A stretch of DNA of 20,000 bases from Asterionella formosa (lineage: Eukaryota), in contig NKIB01012883.1 in the NCBI GenBank assembly GCA_002256025.1, positions 48,669 through 68,668 on the forward strand, read 5' to 3'. Position numbers and translations under genes: made by a program. Shown piece after piece: positions 18,936-20,000 of the stretch (position 1 is its first letter; each line of letters begins with the position of its first letter). The notes under the pieces are model-generated. The model had not been told where the DNA came from. It was given only the letters and a program-made list of their open reading frames with translations, and searched no databases.

Positions 18936-20000
18936 ACTTAAAAACTGTAAGCCACCGCTACGGCGACTTTTGAACTGTAAGCCACCGCTAAACAGAGTAA
19001 ACGCACGGTTTGAACTTAGTTTACAAGATACGCTATTTATTGTCACGAACGAGTTGTTCAGATTTATATAGTGAGTAAATACTTCCGTTACTTGTATTGT
19101 TGCATTGTGTACATTGTTAATTAGGTATTATCGCCCAAAGGTTGCTGTCGACGTGAAATTGCGAAAATTGGATATTTTCACGTTTACTCGATTGAGCAAG
19201 CATCACCTTTTATATACGTATACAGCTATGAGAATATTCCTCCGCTAGAAAACTAATTTAGTATCCTCTAAAATTTATTTAATATGGCTACGACGGCATT
19301 GCACTTTCGCTCGTGCGCCATAATAAAGAGATAAATTCAGTAATGGAAAACGTCAAATAGGAATTCCTGGTGCGCCCGAATTATGAGTACAAAAATTAAA
19401 TGCAAACACACAACAATCACCCATCACCCATCACAACACCAACACCATGACCTCGAAAGCGCCTCGACAAGGCAATGCCTTGCCTCGAAAGAAATTGTCT
19501 CCTGAAGAGTTGGTCAGTGTTCAGATTTGTCTTAACAATGTGATTAGGGAGCTATAAGCTAAGAAGGCTAACAATGGTGGAAAAATGCCTTATGGTGCTA
19601 TTTCTAGGACAGTATCAGCTAAGCAATGCATTTTCCCTTGGATATCTGTTAACCAAGTGAAGAATGAACTAAAACAAAGTGCTAAACTAGAAGTTAAGTC
19701 TAGTACTACTAGTATGTATACTACTTCTGGTTCGTCCCTCTTTCAGCCATCAACTGCAACCATGGTGTCTACATTGACACCTGACCATTGTGGCCCTACT
19801 AAACCCCAACTCTTGAATGCTGATGGCAGCTTTGCCTTGTTATTTCCCAGTAATCTCATTCATAATTCATATAAAATTGTCGAGGAGGAAGAAGATGACA
19901 ACAATGAAGGTGTGAGTGAGCATTATGATAGTCAGTTTACAATGATGGGCACTTTGGCATATGAAACTGGAAACAATGGTGTGCTTACCTGGGGAAGTTT
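18934..20000 (+). mobile_element. Probable left end of a pogo/Tc1-mariner-like DNA transposon, continuing past the window
   Basis: Starts after TA (18932-18933). An 18-bp exact direct repeat AACTGTAAGCCACCGCTA at 18943-18960 and 18973-18990 resembles transposase-binding repeats inside a TIR. An AT-rich leader and a disrupted, CpG-poor ORF follow. The right TIR is not visible. Confidence 0.55.
19447..20000 (+). pseudogene. Disrupted ORF, probable transposase N-terminus (absent from the ORF track)
   Basis: ATG 19447 MTSKAPRQGNALPRKK..., one in-frame TAA at 19555-19557, then open to the window end (NNGGKMPYGAISRTVSAKQCIFPWISVNQVKN...). The NGG-x-x-PYG...FPW pattern resembles my recollection of diatom pogo-like transposase N-termini. 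Only 2 CG in 19501-20000. Confidence 0.5.

Overview
Compact eukaryotic nuclear DNA, most likely from a diatom (inferred from gene content, short GT-AG introns and transposon types). It holds six well-supported genes: a flavin monooxygenase resembling bacterial trimethylamine monooxygenase (-), VPS53 (+), nicastrin (+), DDX52/ROK1 helicase (+), and a convergent pair of two-pore K+ channels with EF-hands (one intronless, one with introns). There is also one orphan ORF. Intergenic DNA falls into two classes. (1) Every gene 5' region carries clusters of palindromic TACC(W)GGTA/GGTACC repeats, which I did not find in coding sequence and which are almost absent from 3' regions. (2) CpG-poor decayed transposon-like sequence, including a 5'-truncated LINE insertion with poly(A) tail and 11-bp target-site duplication, and the probable left end of a pogo/Tc1-like DNA transposon that starts at a GGTACC array. 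The most intriguing signal is the promoter-restricted palindrome system. Its unit variants read as TA + part of CCA + part of TGG + TA, as excision footprints of the neighbouring transposon would. All counts are by eye and no database searches were run.
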